Virus record (IMG/VR): IMGVR_UViG_3300027804_002460
Location: 1,513 to 65,512 of that record
Reading direction: 5' to 3' (one strand)
DNA length: 64,000 bases
Origin: a virus
Taxonomy: Duplodnaviria; Caudoviricetes
The notes beneath the pieces are model-generated. The model was given only the letters and a program-made list of their open reading frames with translations. It ran no database searches and was not told the origin of the DNA. The first letter of the stretch is position 1; every line of letters starts with the position of its first letter. Made by a program: the position numbers and the translations under genes. This document shows positions 10,003 through 19,870 of this stretch, piece by piece.

Positions 10003-10728
10003 ATGATTAATATCCCAATAACAAAAATTTTATTTTTAGATATAGAAACTGTTGGCGGATGTGCCGATTACCAAACATGTCTTCAATCAAACCCAAGAGT
10101 TGCAGAACAATTTGACAAATATTTTGATTGGTTTCTAAAAAGATTTCCTGAAGACAAAGAATGGGGAGAAGATAGAACAACAGAAGAACATATGGACATT
10201 GTTTTTAAAAAAAGATCAGCACTTGTTCCTGAATTTGCAAAAATTGTGTGTGTTTCTATGGCGTTTGTTTTAGACAATGGTGAAACAAAAAAACAAACTT
10301 TTTCGGGAGATGATGAATACAAATTACTTTTAGAGGTTAGGGATTTGTTAAATAGATGTCATAAATTGGATTTTTATCTTTGTGGTCATAACCTTAAAAA
10401 CTTTGACATTCCAATGTTAGCGAAAAGAATGATTGTGAATGGAATTATGCCATCAAAGATTCTTCCTTCATATGATACAAAACCATGGGAAGTAAAGGCA
10501 ATTGATACTAAAGAAATTTGGCAATATGGTGCGTACACTGCTATTGGTTCATTAGATTTGATGTGTGCATGTTTAGATATTCCAACACCAAAAGATGGTG
10601 AGGTAAACGGGGGAATGGTTCACGAAGCATATTGGGGACACAACAGATTGAAAGAAATATCTGAATATTGCGAAAGAGATGTTGAGGTATTAATTGATGC
10701 AATAATGAAATTAAAAAGTTTAAAATAA
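10003..10728 (+). CDS. DnaQ-like 3'-5' exonuclease (PolB exonuclease-related)
   Basis: LFLDIET (ExoI), GHNLKNFDIP (ExoII), YCERDV (ExoIII). Confidence 0.85.
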   Translation: MINIPITKILFLDIETVGGCADYQTCLQSNPRVAEQFDKYFDWFLKRFPEDKEWGEDRTTEEHMDIVFKKRSALVPEFAKIVCVSMAFVLDNGETKKQTFSGDDEYKLLLEVRDLLNRCHKLDFYLCGHNLKNFDIPMLAKRMIVNGIMPSKILPSYDTKPWEVKAIDTKEIWQYGAYTAIGSLDLMCACLDIPTPKDGEVNGGMVHEAYWGHNRLKEISEYCERDVEVLIDAIMKLKSLK

Positions 10729-11336
10729 TGAGTGAAGAATTAGATAACATTAACGAGGAAGAAATAAACATGTTAATGAAACTACTTGATGAAATTGAAG
10801 TAGATGAATCCGATGATATTGATTACAATGCAATTATGGATTCTTTTGGAATTGACATTGAGGAATTAGAAAAGGAAATGGAAGAGTACGTCCCTAAAAT
10901 TGAAATGGGGGTTGTAAAATCAAATGAAGATGCGGTTTTTCCATCGTATAATTATGAATCTGATTCAGGATTTGATTTGTATTCAATTGAGGAGTGTTGG
11001 GTACACGCATTTGATAGAAAATTAATTAACACTGGTCTGATCCTTGACATTCCTGAAGGATATGAAATACAAGTAAGATCTAAAAGTGGTTTAGCACTTA
11101 AACAAGGTCTTATGGTTTTGAACTCGCCAGGTACTGTAGATCAAGGGTATTTAGGTGAAATTCAAGTCATATTATTTAATACGACAAATCAAAAAGTAAA
11201 AATTGAAAAGGGTCAAAAAATTGCTCAAGCAGTCCTTTGTCCTGTTGTATCGGGAAAATGGGTTGAATTTATTGAAAAAAATAAATTAGAAAATAAAGAT
11301 AGAAACGATAACGGTTTCGGATCAACAGGGGTATGA
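10728..11336 (+). CDS. dut: Trimeric dUTPase with acidic N-terminal extension
   Basis: SGFDL, RSKSGLALK, NSPGTVDQGYLGEI, RNDNGFGSTG motifs. Confidence 0.95.
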   Translation: MSEELDNINEEEINMLMKLLDEIEVDESDDIDYNAIMDSFGIDIEELEKEMEEYVPKIEMGVVKSNEDAVFPSYNYESDSGFDLYSIEECWVHAFDRKLINTGLILDIPEGYEIQVRSKSGLALKQGLMVLNSPGTVDQGYLGEIQVILFNTTNQKVKIEKGQKIAQAVLCPVVSGKWVEFIEKNKLENKDRNDNGFGSTGV

Positions 11337-12835
11337 TTACAATAGTTTATTCAACACATAAAGACGAAAACTATAATAACAAATTTAAACAACACTTATT
11401 ACAAACTGTTGGTTTAAAAGATGTTCAAATTTTAGAGTTTGTAAATCACAATCAATATTCTCTTTCACAAGTTTATAATAGTGGTATTACACAATCTATT
11501 TATAATATTGTGGTTTGTTGTCATAATGATATTAAATTAGAGAAAAATTGGGGTAAAAAATTGTTAGAAGATTTTTCAAATAATAATAGTTTTGGTATAA
11601 TTGGAAAAGCGGGATCATGTTATTTTCCTGAAACAGGAGTTTATTGGGATAGGATGCATTATACAATGGTTGGTCAAGTTTACCACCACCCTGAAGGGAA
11701 AAAAAAGTGGTTAAATAAATACTCAACAAAATTACCTTTTTTAATTCCTGTTGTAACAATTGATGGTTTATTTATTTCATTTGATAAAACAAAAATTAAA
11801 CACACATTTGATGAAACAATTGGTAAGTTTCACTTTTATGATCATTTGTTTTGTGTTCCAAATTATTTAGATGGGGTCAAAATAGGTGTAACCTCATCAT
11901 TCGAAATTATCCATGAATCTGTTGGTCAACCAAATAAAGAATTTTTTGATAGTAAAGAAAAATTTCTTGAGAAATGGGGAAGTAAATTACCGTTAGATTT
12001 AAAACCAACGGAAGTTTATGTTCCACAAATTAAAGTTAAACCAATAAAAAACGTTGGTAAAGTTGCAATCATCATCCCAACCAAAGGTAAAGTTGAGATG
12101 TTAAAGAAATGTGTTGATTCATTCCATGAACATTGTGATGAAAATTTATATGATATTTTTATTGCAGATACAGGATCCGCAGACGATGAAAAAAAATGGG
12201 TCAAAGAAAATATTAGTAATATAAATTTAATAGAATATGACTATTACAATTTTGCAAAAATAAATAATGACGTTGTTAAAAATCATATAACCGATAAGTA
12301 TGAGTTTTTATTATTTTGTAATAATGATATTCAAATATTGAATGATGTTATTTATGGGATGATGAAGACATTTAAAATGAAAAATAAAGTAGGTACAGTT
12401 GGGTGCAGGCTCCACTTTTCAAACAACACCATTCAACATGATGGGATTTCAATAGTGATGAAAGAAATATCCAAAACAATAGTCCTTGACCATTTAACAA
12501 GAGAAACATATTATAAATTTTTAACTGATACTCAAGATGTTGGTGGAAATACCGCAGCCTTGATGATGGTTAGAAAAAAAATGTTTGATTTTTTAGGTGG
12601 TTTTAATGAAAAATTTACTCATTGTCATGAAGACGCATATTTAGGTTTACAAATAATAAAAAATGGATATTTTAATTATTGTTGCGGTGAATGCGTGGCA
12701 TATCACCATGAATCAACAACAAGAAATATCAATGATAATCGAGAACAAATTAATAGAGAATTTGATGAAATCATGTCACCATACATAAGAGAAAATTTTG
12801 ATAAATTTAAAAAATATGCAATAGTAACAAATTAA
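11333..12835 (+). CDS. Two-domain glycosyltransferase (GT2-like + GT2)
   Basis: First domain CCHNDI...TIDGLF...FHFYD; second domain IIIPTK...IADTGS...FCNND...EDAYLGL. Confidence 0.85.
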   Translation: MITIVYSTHKDENYNNKFKQHLLQTVGLKDVQILEFVNHNQYSLSQVYNSGITQSIYNIVVCCHNDIKLEKNWGKKLLEDFSNNNSFGIIGKAGSCYFPETGVYWDRMHYTMVGQVYHHPEGKKKWLNKYSTKLPFLIPVVTIDGLFISFDKTKIKHTFDETIGKFHFYDHLFCVPNYLDGVKIGVTSSFEIIHESVGQPNKEFFDSKEKFLEKWGSKLPLDLKPTEVYVPQIKVKPIKNVGKVAIIIPTKGKVEMLKKCVDSFHEHCDENLYDIFIADTGSADDEKKWVKENISNINLIEYDYYNFAKINNDVVKNHITDKYEFLLFCNNDIQILNDVIYGMMKTFKMKNKVGTVGCRLHFSNNTIQHDGISIVMKEISKTIVLDHLTRETYYKFLTDTQDVGGNTAALMMVRKKMFDFLGGFNEKFTHCHEDAYLGLQIIKNGYFNYCCGECVAYHHESTTRNINDNREQINREFDEIMSPYIRENFDKFKKYAIVTN

Positions 12836-12836
12836 T

Positions 12837-13397
12837 ATGGAAGCACTTATAACGTTTATTATCCCATCATTAAATAGATTAACAATAATAAGATCTATTG
12901 ATTCTTTACTTAATCAAACTAACCCAAATTGGAGAGCTATTGTAATATACGACGGTGTTAAAGGTACCGAATTTAATGACGAGAGAATTAAAATTATTGA
13001 GCTACCTAAAACAGGTTTAGTCGGTCCACATAACGGTCAATCAGGTTTAGTTAGAAATGAAGGTATTAAAATTGTTGATACCGAATGGATAGGATTTTTA
13101 GATGATGACGACACAATCAATCCTGATTATGTTGATACTCTATTAAAAAAATATCAAGATAAAGACTTTGTAGTATGGAGAATGAAATATTCCAACGGAT
13201 TGGTTTTACCTCCATTAAACGAAAACAAATTAATATTTTCGAGAGTAGGGATATCTTTCTGCTATAAAAAGACTTTGGGTTATGTTTTGTTTGATTCAAA
13301 TAGAGATGGTGAAGATTTTGACCTTTTGATGAAATTAAAATCTTTGACAAGTAACTGGATAATAACACCAGAAGTATATTACAATGTAAGACATTAA
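12837..13397 (+). CDS. Glycosyltransferase family 2
   Basis: FIIPSL...IVIYDG...RNEGI...GFLDDDD. Confidence 0.85.
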   Translation: MEALITFIIPSLNRLTIIRSIDSLLNQTNPNWRAIVIYDGVKGTEFNDERIKIIELPKTGLVGPHNGQSGLVRNEGIKIVDTEWIGFLDDDDTINPDYVDTLLKKYQDKDFVVWRMKYSNGLVLPPLNENKLIFSRVGISFCYKKTLGYVLFDSNRDGEDFDLLMKLKSLTSNWIITPEVYYNVRH

Positions 13398-13399
13398 TT

Positions 13400-14023
13400 A
13401 TGAACTTAAATAATTTATCAAAATCAATTTATGTTATCAATCTGAAAGAAAGGACTGACAGAAAAGAACATATCGTTAAAGAATTAAACAAAATTAGTTG
13501 TAATGAATACAATATTATTGATGCAGTTGACGGGTCTAAAATTGAAAACCATTCAAGAATCAAAAAAGGCGCATTTGGGTTATTGATGACCTACAAAAAC
13601 ATTTATAATGATTGGAAAAATAAAGGTGGATCCGACGTTTTGATTGTTGAGGATGATTGTATGTTTATAGATAACTTTAATGTTCACCTTGAGACATACA
13701 CTAAGTCAGTTCCTACAAATTGGGACATGATGTATTTTGGAGCAAATCACAACTACCATATGGGTCAACAAACCCAAAAAATTAACGATTATTGTGTTAA
13801 GACAAATAATAGTTATTCCGCTCACTGTGTATTAATGAAACCTTATATCTTTGAGGAATTAATTAAAATGATTAATAATCAACCGTTAGAAGTCGACGTT
13901 TTAATGGCTCAATTACAAAAAAAATATAATTCATATTCTTCTCATATTGCCCTAACAACACAGATACCGAGTTATTCAAATATTGAGAATAAACCTGTTG
14001 ATAACGTGTGGTTAATAAAATGA
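13400..14023 (+). CDS. Glycosyltransferase family 25 (LgtB/Lex-like)
   Basis: YVINLKERTDRK...DAVDG...LIVEDDC. Confidence 0.85.
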   Translation: MNLNNLSKSIYVINLKERTDRKEHIVKELNKISCNEYNIIDAVDGSKIENHSRIKKGAFGLLMTYKNIYNDWKNKGGSDVLIVEDDCMFIDNFNVHLETYTKSVPTNWDMMYFGANHNYHMGQQTQKINDYCVKTNNSYSAHCVLMKPYIFEELIKMINNQPLEVDVLMAQLQKKYNSYSSHIALTTQIPSYSNIENKPVDNVWLIK

Positions 14024-14832
14024 TTTTAACGTCATTTTTGATGGGGGGATTAGGAAATCAGATGTTCCAAATCTCAAAGGCGGTATGTGAAGGATTAACA
14101 AACAACATTCAGGTGGGATTTCAAAAATCGGCATTTATACCAATGCACGGTAATCAACCTACAAAATACCTAACAAATATTTTTAGAAATGTTAATTTTG
14201 TTGACATACTACCAAATAGACTTAGAGTTCCTGAACCAAATTGGTCATACAACAAATTAAATATAACTTACGATAAACCAATTGAATTTTATGGTTACTT
14301 CCAAAGTAGTAAAAACTTCAATGGTCACGGAGATTATTTAAAAAATATGTTTTCCCCAACGAAGGAATTCATTGACAAAGTCAATTTTTTATATCCAAAC
14401 ATCTCAGATCATAAAACGGTATCTATTCACGTAAGACGTGGTGATTATTTGGGTATTTCAGAAATTTTACCTGTAATTGACAAATCATATATAGATGAAT
14501 GTTTAAGTCGTATTAGTGATTACGATAAAATATATATTTTCTCAAACGACAAGGAGTGGTGTAAACAAAATCTAAACTACGAAAAATCAGAAATTGTTTA
14601 TGATTTAGAAGATTACGAAGAATTATGGATGATTAGTTTATGTAAAATAAACGTAATGTCTAATTCTTCATTTTCTTGGTGGGGATCTTATCTTAATATA
14701 AATGAAAATAAAAAAATATATTGTCCCTCAGTATGGTTTGGACCAAAAGGTGAAAAGAATTATCAAGATATTTATGAAGATAATTGGAATAAAATAGATG
14801 TTCAGTACGTACTCGGGAAATTATTATGTTAA
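14020..14832 (+). CDS. GT11 alpha-1,2-fucosyl/colitosyltransferase
   Basis: GGLGNQMFQ, GYFQS, SIHVRRGDY, MSNSSFSWWG motifs. Confidence 0.9.
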   Translation: MILTSFLMGGLGNQMFQISKAVCEGLTNNIQVGFQKSAFIPMHGNQPTKYLTNIFRNVNFVDILPNRLRVPEPNWSYNKLNITYDKPIEFYGYFQSSKNFNGHGDYLKNMFSPTKEFIDKVNFLYPNISDHKTVSIHVRRGDYLGISEILPVIDKSYIDECLSRISDYDKIYIFSNDKEWCKQNLNYEKSEIVYDLEDYEELWMISLCKINVMSNSSFSWWGSYLNINENKKIYCPSVWFGPKGEKNYQDIYEDNWNKIDVQYVLGKLLC

Positions 14833-14844
14833 AAAAGAAAAAAT

Positions 14845-15456
14845 ATGTTATTAGACTTAATTAATTTAAAAGAAAAATATAATCTAGATATTAAAGGGAT
14901 TATTCACATAGGTGGTCATTTTGGTCAAGAATTCAAAACTTATGAACAGTTAAACATTGATCGAGTTATGTTTTTTGAACCAATACAAAGGACTTTTGAA
15001 AGACTGAAAGAGAACGTTGGTCAAAAAGCAATTTTAAATAATTGTGCATTAGGGAATTTTGAGGGAGAAATTGAGATGTTTGTTGAAGTTGCAAACCAAG
15101 GTCAATCAAGTTCTATATTAGAACCTTTAGTACACCTAAATCAATACCCTCATATTACATTTGAATCTAAAGAAATAGTAAAAATTAAAAAATTAGATTC
15201 CTTTATTGATACAGTAGGTGAGTATAATTTTATTAATATAGATGTCCAAGGATATGAATTGGAAGTCTTTAAAGGAGGGTATGAATATTTGAATAGTATT
15301 GATTACATTATGACAGAAGTTAACCGAGATGAGGTATATAAAGGATGCCCAATGGTAGAAGAATTAGATGAATTCCTAAAACCCTATGGTTTTGAAAGGG
15401 TAGAGACCACATGGGATGGTGTAACTTGGGGAGATGCTTTCTATGTCAAAAGATAA
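14845..15456 (+). CDS. FkbM-family SAM-dependent methyltransferase
   Basis: IHIGGHFG, FFEP, NIDVQGYELEVFKG. Confidence 0.85.
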   Translation: MLLDLINLKEKYNLDIKGIIHIGGHFGQEFKTYEQLNIDRVMFFEPIQRTFERLKENVGQKAILNNCALGNFEGEIEMFVEVANQGQSSSILEPLVHLNQYPHITFESKEIVKIKKLDSFIDTVGEYNFINIDVQGYELEVFKGGYEYLNSIDYIMTEVNRDEVYKGCPMVEELDEFLKPYGFERVETTWDGVTWGDAFYVKR

Positions 15457-16249
15457 ATTATATATTTCAGATAATTTATTTTCACACGCCAGCTCAAGTA
15501 GTTGGTATAATTCACCTAAAAATTTTGAATGGATTAGAGAACTTAATGGTGATCACATTGTTTTAACTGACCATGAACTTTTAAACGTAGGTAGATATAA
15601 CCATGAAAAAAAATACGCATGGCTAATCGAATCTCCTCTTGTAACTAATAATTCTTACAACTTCGTTAAAAACAATAGTCATTTATTTTCTAAAATTTTC
15701 ACCTTTGATAAGGAAATATTAGATGCAAAAAACAACTCCGTTTTAACCCCTATTGGTGGATGTTGGATTTTAGAAGAGGATAGAAAAATACACAATAAAA
15801 ACAAAAGTATTTCTATAATATCATCTAATAAAAAATATTTAGATGGTCACAATTTACGTCACGAAATTATAAAAATTATAGAAGGTATTGATATTTTTGG
15901 CGGGGGATATAATCCAATAGATAATAAGATCAAAGGTTTAAGAGATTATAAATTTTCTATTTGTGTTGAGAATTGTAAAAAAGATTATTATTTTACAGAA
16001 AAAATTATTGATTGTTTTATAACAGGTACAATTCCAATATATTGGGGATGCCCAAGTATAGGTGACTTTTTTGATATGAACGGAATAATCACTTTTAAAG
16101 ATATAAATGACTTAAAGGAAAAAATTAATGAATTGTCTGATAATGAATATGAAAAAAGAATGGAATCAGTTTTAGAAAATTTTAAAAGGTGTCAAAAATA
16201 TTTAGTCGCGGATGATATATTATATAATGAAATAAAAAATAATAAGTAA
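15434..16249 (+). CDS. GT10-like alpha-1,3/4-fucosyltransferase
   Basis: YKFSICVENCKKDYYFTEKIIDCFITGTIPIYWG matches the GT10 donor-binding motif. Confidence 0.75.
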   Translation: MLSMSKDKLYISDNLFSHASSSSWYNSPKNFEWIRELNGDHIVLTDHELLNVGRYNHEKKYAWLIESPLVTNNSYNFVKNNSHLFSKIFTFDKEILDAKNNSVLTPIGGCWILEEDRKIHNKNKSISIISSNKKYLDGHNLRHEIIKIIEGIDIFGGGYNPIDNKIKGLRDYKFSICVENCKKDYYFTEKIIDCFITGTIPIYWGCPSIGDFFDMNGIITFKDINDLKEKINELSDNEYEKRMESVLENFKRCQKYLVADDILYNEIKNNK

Positions 16250-16251
16250 GA

Positions 16252-17106
16252 ATGAAAAACACAATTGAGCTGTATAACCATTACCACAATGGAGACATAT
16301 TTTATTCAAGAGTTTTAGTTAACTCATTATTAGATGAATATAACGTTGTTTATTACCACAATTTAAACGTTCCATTATTTTCAGATATAGATGACGTTAC
16401 CGAAATCTATGGAATTCCTGAACATATGACTAAAGAAAATACAGACATCAATAATAAAATTATTAATGCTTGGATAGGCCAACAGAGATCAAAATATTTA
16501 GACTCACCAATTCCAGGATGTAATTTTGATAATTATTTTAGTTTAGTTAAAGACATTCTTATAAATTTAAATTTACCAATAAAAGAAAGGTGGGAACATC
16601 TACCCACGATAAATTTTAGTAATGTACCAAACTATAGTTTCATCAAAGATCAAATATTAAAATTAAAAAATGACTATAAAAAAATAGTATTAATATCTAA
16701 CGGTAATGTTTATTCAGAACAAGCGTTTAATTTTAATATGGATCAAACAATAATAAAATTATCTGAAGAAAATATAGATTGTCTATTTTTAATAACCCAA
16801 AATATTAATCACAATAACCCAAACATAATTTTTGTTAATAATTTAACAAAAATTTTACCAGACTTATTACAAATAGGGTTTATATCAACTTACTGTGATA
16901 TTATTGTTGGTAGGGCATCAGGACCACATTGCTTTACTCATATAAAAGAAAATTTAATGAATAAGAATACAACATTTATTAGTTTTACAAATAACCAAAA
17001 TGAGGGTAAATGGTTTTTAGAATCAACATCAAAACAAATTTGGTCAAATGACTATAATACTGATAATGTATATAATTTAATAAACAACGAAATAAAATTA
17101 AAATGA
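16252..17106 (+). CDS. Putative glycosyltransferase (GT-B, GT9-like)
   Basis: HNGDIFYSR at the N-terminus and DIIVGRASGPHC at the C-terminus; inside the GT island. Confidence 0.45.
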   Translation: MKNTIELYNHYHNGDIFYSRVLVNSLLDEYNVVYYHNLNVPLFSDIDDVTEIYGIPEHMTKENTDINNKIINAWIGQQRSKYLDSPIPGCNFDNYFSLVKDILINLNLPIKERWEHLPTINFSNVPNYSFIKDQILKLKNDYKKIVLISNGNVYSEQAFNFNMDQTIIKLSEENIDCLFLITQNINHNNPNIIFVNNLTKILPDLLQIGFISTYCDIIVGRASGPHCFTHIKENLMNKNTTFISFTNNQNEGKWFLESTSKQIWSNDYNTDNVYNLINNEIKLK

Positions 17107-17450
17107 TAGGAGAAAGAATTGAGGATATAATCAATGCAAGAACAAAAGAATTATTAGATCAAAGTAAAAACGTAGATTTACCAAATGACATTATCGAAAC
17201 GGATAATTTGGGTGAAGTAATTGAGAAATTATCGATATTACACTGTAGGATGTGGTATTTGGAAGATGCTATTAGTGATGCAAAAAGTGATGAAGAAATT
17301 GCGGAGTTAAAACGTAAAATTGATATTTGTTTTAAAATCAAAAGACCTAAATACGTACAAGCAATAAATAGAATGGTTGAGAACTCTATTGTGAACGGTA
17401 AATCATTAATTGAGGATTCTGTTAAACTTTATAAAGGGGTCAATAAATAA
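17103..17450 (+). CDS. Small helical protein (DUF4254-like), polysaccharide-cluster associated
   Basis: DNLGEVIEKLSILHCRMWYLED motif; family recalled from memory. Confidence 0.5.
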   Translation: MIGERIEDIINARTKELLDQSKNVDLPNDIIETDNLGEVIEKLSILHCRMWYLEDAISDAKSDEEIAELKRKIDICFKIKRPKYVQAINRMVENSIVNGKSLIEDSVKLYKGVNK

Positions 17451-17464
17451 TTAAAATTTAAAAA

Positions 17465-18322
17465 ATGAAATATTATATAGTTGGTAAAAACTCAACAAGT
17501 GGTCCTACCCACGACACGTCAGGTGACTTAAATTCATATTATGAGTTGGGTTGGGAAATTATGGTGACTCATTATAGAGTTAAAAAACTTTTTTACGAAA
17601 AAAAGATTTCCAACCAAGACGTTATTGTGACCACTAATGAGGAAAGAAAATTCTTATACGAATCAATATTCGAAAATGTTATATCTTGGGAAGACTTTTC
17701 AAATATTGATAAAGAAGGTATTGACGTTATCGATTTGGTTGATTTATCAACTAAAGATAATTATCATAATGAATTTATTAATTATGAACCAGAGGTTGAT
17801 AACCAAGAATTAAACGATATATTGTTTTCGTTTAAAAAAAGTGATAAATTTTTACCAAGTAATATAAATAAAAAATACGTTTGTCTACAATTTAGAAATA
17901 GAGATTGGTCAACTGAAAGGAACGTTGATAAATCTTTCTTCTCCAATTTAGTTAAATATTTTACCGATGAAAAAAAAATTCACGTATATGTAATGGGGTT
18001 TGGTAGTGAGTCTTTTTGTATTAACGAAAATATCGAGTATGTTGATTTACAAAGTTTCACAACTTTAATAAATAATAAAAATTGTTTATTCTTCTATTCA
18101 AGTATGAGTGGCCCCGCACATTTATCGTATTTTTTTGGACATAAAAATTTGTATCAGGTAGTTAACTCTGTTGGTGGTCCAAGACCTGATCATTTAAAGG
18201 ATCACCCACTATATGTAGGTGATAAGTATAATCACACAAAAGTTTCAGTTGATATAATTGCATATCATCAAAATGTAAACTTCTTTAAAGAACTTATTAA
18301 TAATAAACTAAATAATTTATAA
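17465..18322 (+). CDS. Putative glycosyltransferase (GT-B-like)
   Basis: CLQFRNR...YSSMSGPAHL; island context. Confidence 0.4.
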   Translation: MKYYIVGKNSTSGPTHDTSGDLNSYYELGWEIMVTHYRVKKLFYEKKISNQDVIVTTNEERKFLYESIFENVISWEDFSNIDKEGIDVIDLVDLSTKDNYHNEFINYEPEVDNQELNDILFSFKKSDKFLPSNINKKYVCLQFRNRDWSTERNVDKSFFSNLVKYFTDEKKIHVYVMGFGSESFCINENIEYVDLQSFTTLINNKNCLFFYSSMSGPAHLSYFFGHKNLYQVVNSVGGPRPDHLKDHPLYVGDKYNHTKVSVDIIAYHQNVNFFKELINNKLNNL

Positions 18323-18323
18323 A

Positions 18324-19145
18324 ATGAAAAATTTTATACATTCACACAAATTTTCAGATCTACATGATAATGAAAACATAATTTACACTAGAGGAACTGA
18401 GTCCAATATTTTAGGTTCTTTAAGTTTAATCGGTAGTATGATGAGACCGGTAATATTAATTACTGCAAATGAGGATACCACTATTGACGAAAGATGGGAT
18501 CAACACATACCAAGTAATTTACATTATTGGTTTGCACAAAATGGTATCTCAAGTAATAAAAAAGTAATTATGATTCCTGAGGGACTACAACCTTCATACG
18601 GTAGTAAAACCGGTGATATAGGTTATCATATTGGGGAAATTAAAGAAAACATTTTAAATAATTTACCAGAAAAAATTCCAACAAAACTTATGTACTCAAA
18701 TTTTAATATAGGTACAAATCCACCACACCGAAATAAAATAAAAGAAATTTGTGAAAGTGTGGACTTTATCGATTGGGACGGTAATATTGATTTTACAACT
18801 TATGAAAGTTATAACAACTATGAGGTGTTAAAATATTTTTATGAAAATATATTAAACTATAGAGCGGTTGTTTGCCCACTTGGGCATGGTTTGGATACTC
18901 ACAGAGTTTACGAAACTTTATATTGTGGTCGAATTCCGATAACTTTTCACGAAAAATTATATTCAAAATTATACGAAAAATACCCAATCATTTATTTAGA
19001 TGATTGTGAAAAATTAAAAGATGAAGAATTAATGAAATCATTAATTAAAAAGGAAGAAGATAAAGTTTGGGATCGAGAACTTCTTAATTTTTCTTATTGG
19101 GAGGAATTAATTTTATTGGAAAAAAATAAAATGTTATCACAATAA
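18324..19145 (+). CDS. Exostosin/GT47-like glycosyltransferase
   Basis: YRAVVCPLGHGLDTHRVYETLYCGRIPI. Confidence 0.65.
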   Translation: MKNFIHSHKFSDLHDNENIIYTRGTESNILGSLSLIGSMMRPVILITANEDTTIDERWDQHIPSNLHYWFAQNGISSNKKVIMIPEGLQPSYGSKTGDIGYHIGEIKENILNNLPEKIPTKLMYSNFNIGTNPPHRNKIKEICESVDFIDWDGNIDFTTYESYNNYEVLKYFYENILNYRAVVCPLGHGLDTHRVYETLYCGRIPITFHEKLYSKLYEKYPIIYLDDCEKLKDEELMKSLIKKEEDKVWDRELLNFSYWEELILLEKNKMLSQ

Positions 19146-19853
19146 ATGGTTTCGATTAATTATGCTGGACGCTTAGGTAATAATATGTTACAATATGCGG
19201 CAGCAAAAATATTTTCAAATAAATTTAAAATAAAACTTTCAACTCCTGCAATTAGTGGAGGTATTAATTTCACAAAATTATTCATAATAAATGACGACAG
19301 TGATTTTGAATCCTACCACAATAAAACAATAATAGTCAACAATCAAAATTTTTTAGAACTTTTATCCAAAGAAAAATGTGAACCAGCAAATTACATTTTT
19401 GAAGATTTTTTTCAAATTAAAGAATTTATTTTAAACTATACTGTAAACATAAAAAACATATTTCAGAATAACACTAAAAGTATTGACCAAGTTTTTGTAC
19501 ATTATAGGATTGGTGATATTGAATTATTACAAAATATGTTACCAATAGATTATTATATTGAAGCTTTAGAAAAAATTGGTTCAAAAAAAGGAGTAATTTC
19601 CTCTGACAGTCCAGATCATGATAATGTAAAACTACTTTCAGAAAAGTTTAATTTAGAAATATTAGTTAAACCTCCTTTAGACACGATAATACTAGGATCA
19701 AATTATAATAATTTAGTTTTAAGTGAAGGAACTTTTTCTTGGTGGATTGGGGTTTTGAGTAATGCTGAAAAAATAATTTATAACAATAGAGAAAGATTTT
19801 GGCATGGAGACATTTTTTGTTATGACGATTGGATTAAACTAAACTACAATTAA
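19146..19853 (+). CDS. Second GT11 alpha-1,2-fucosyl/colitosyltransferase
   Basis: GRLGNNMLQY, VHYRIGD, LSEGTFSWW. Confidence 0.8.
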   Translation: MVSINYAGRLGNNMLQYAAAKIFSNKFKIKLSTPAISGGINFTKLFIINDDSDFESYHNKTIIVNNQNFLELLSKEKCEPANYIFEDFFQIKEFILNYTVNIKNIFQNNTKSIDQVFVHYRIGDIELLQNMLPIDYYIEALEKIGSKKGVISSDSPDHDNVKLLSEKFNLEILVKPPLDTIILGSNYNNLVLSEGTFSWWIGVLSNAEKIIYNNRERFWHGDIFCYDDWIKLNYN

Positions 19854-19870
19854 CTAAACCCCACATATCT

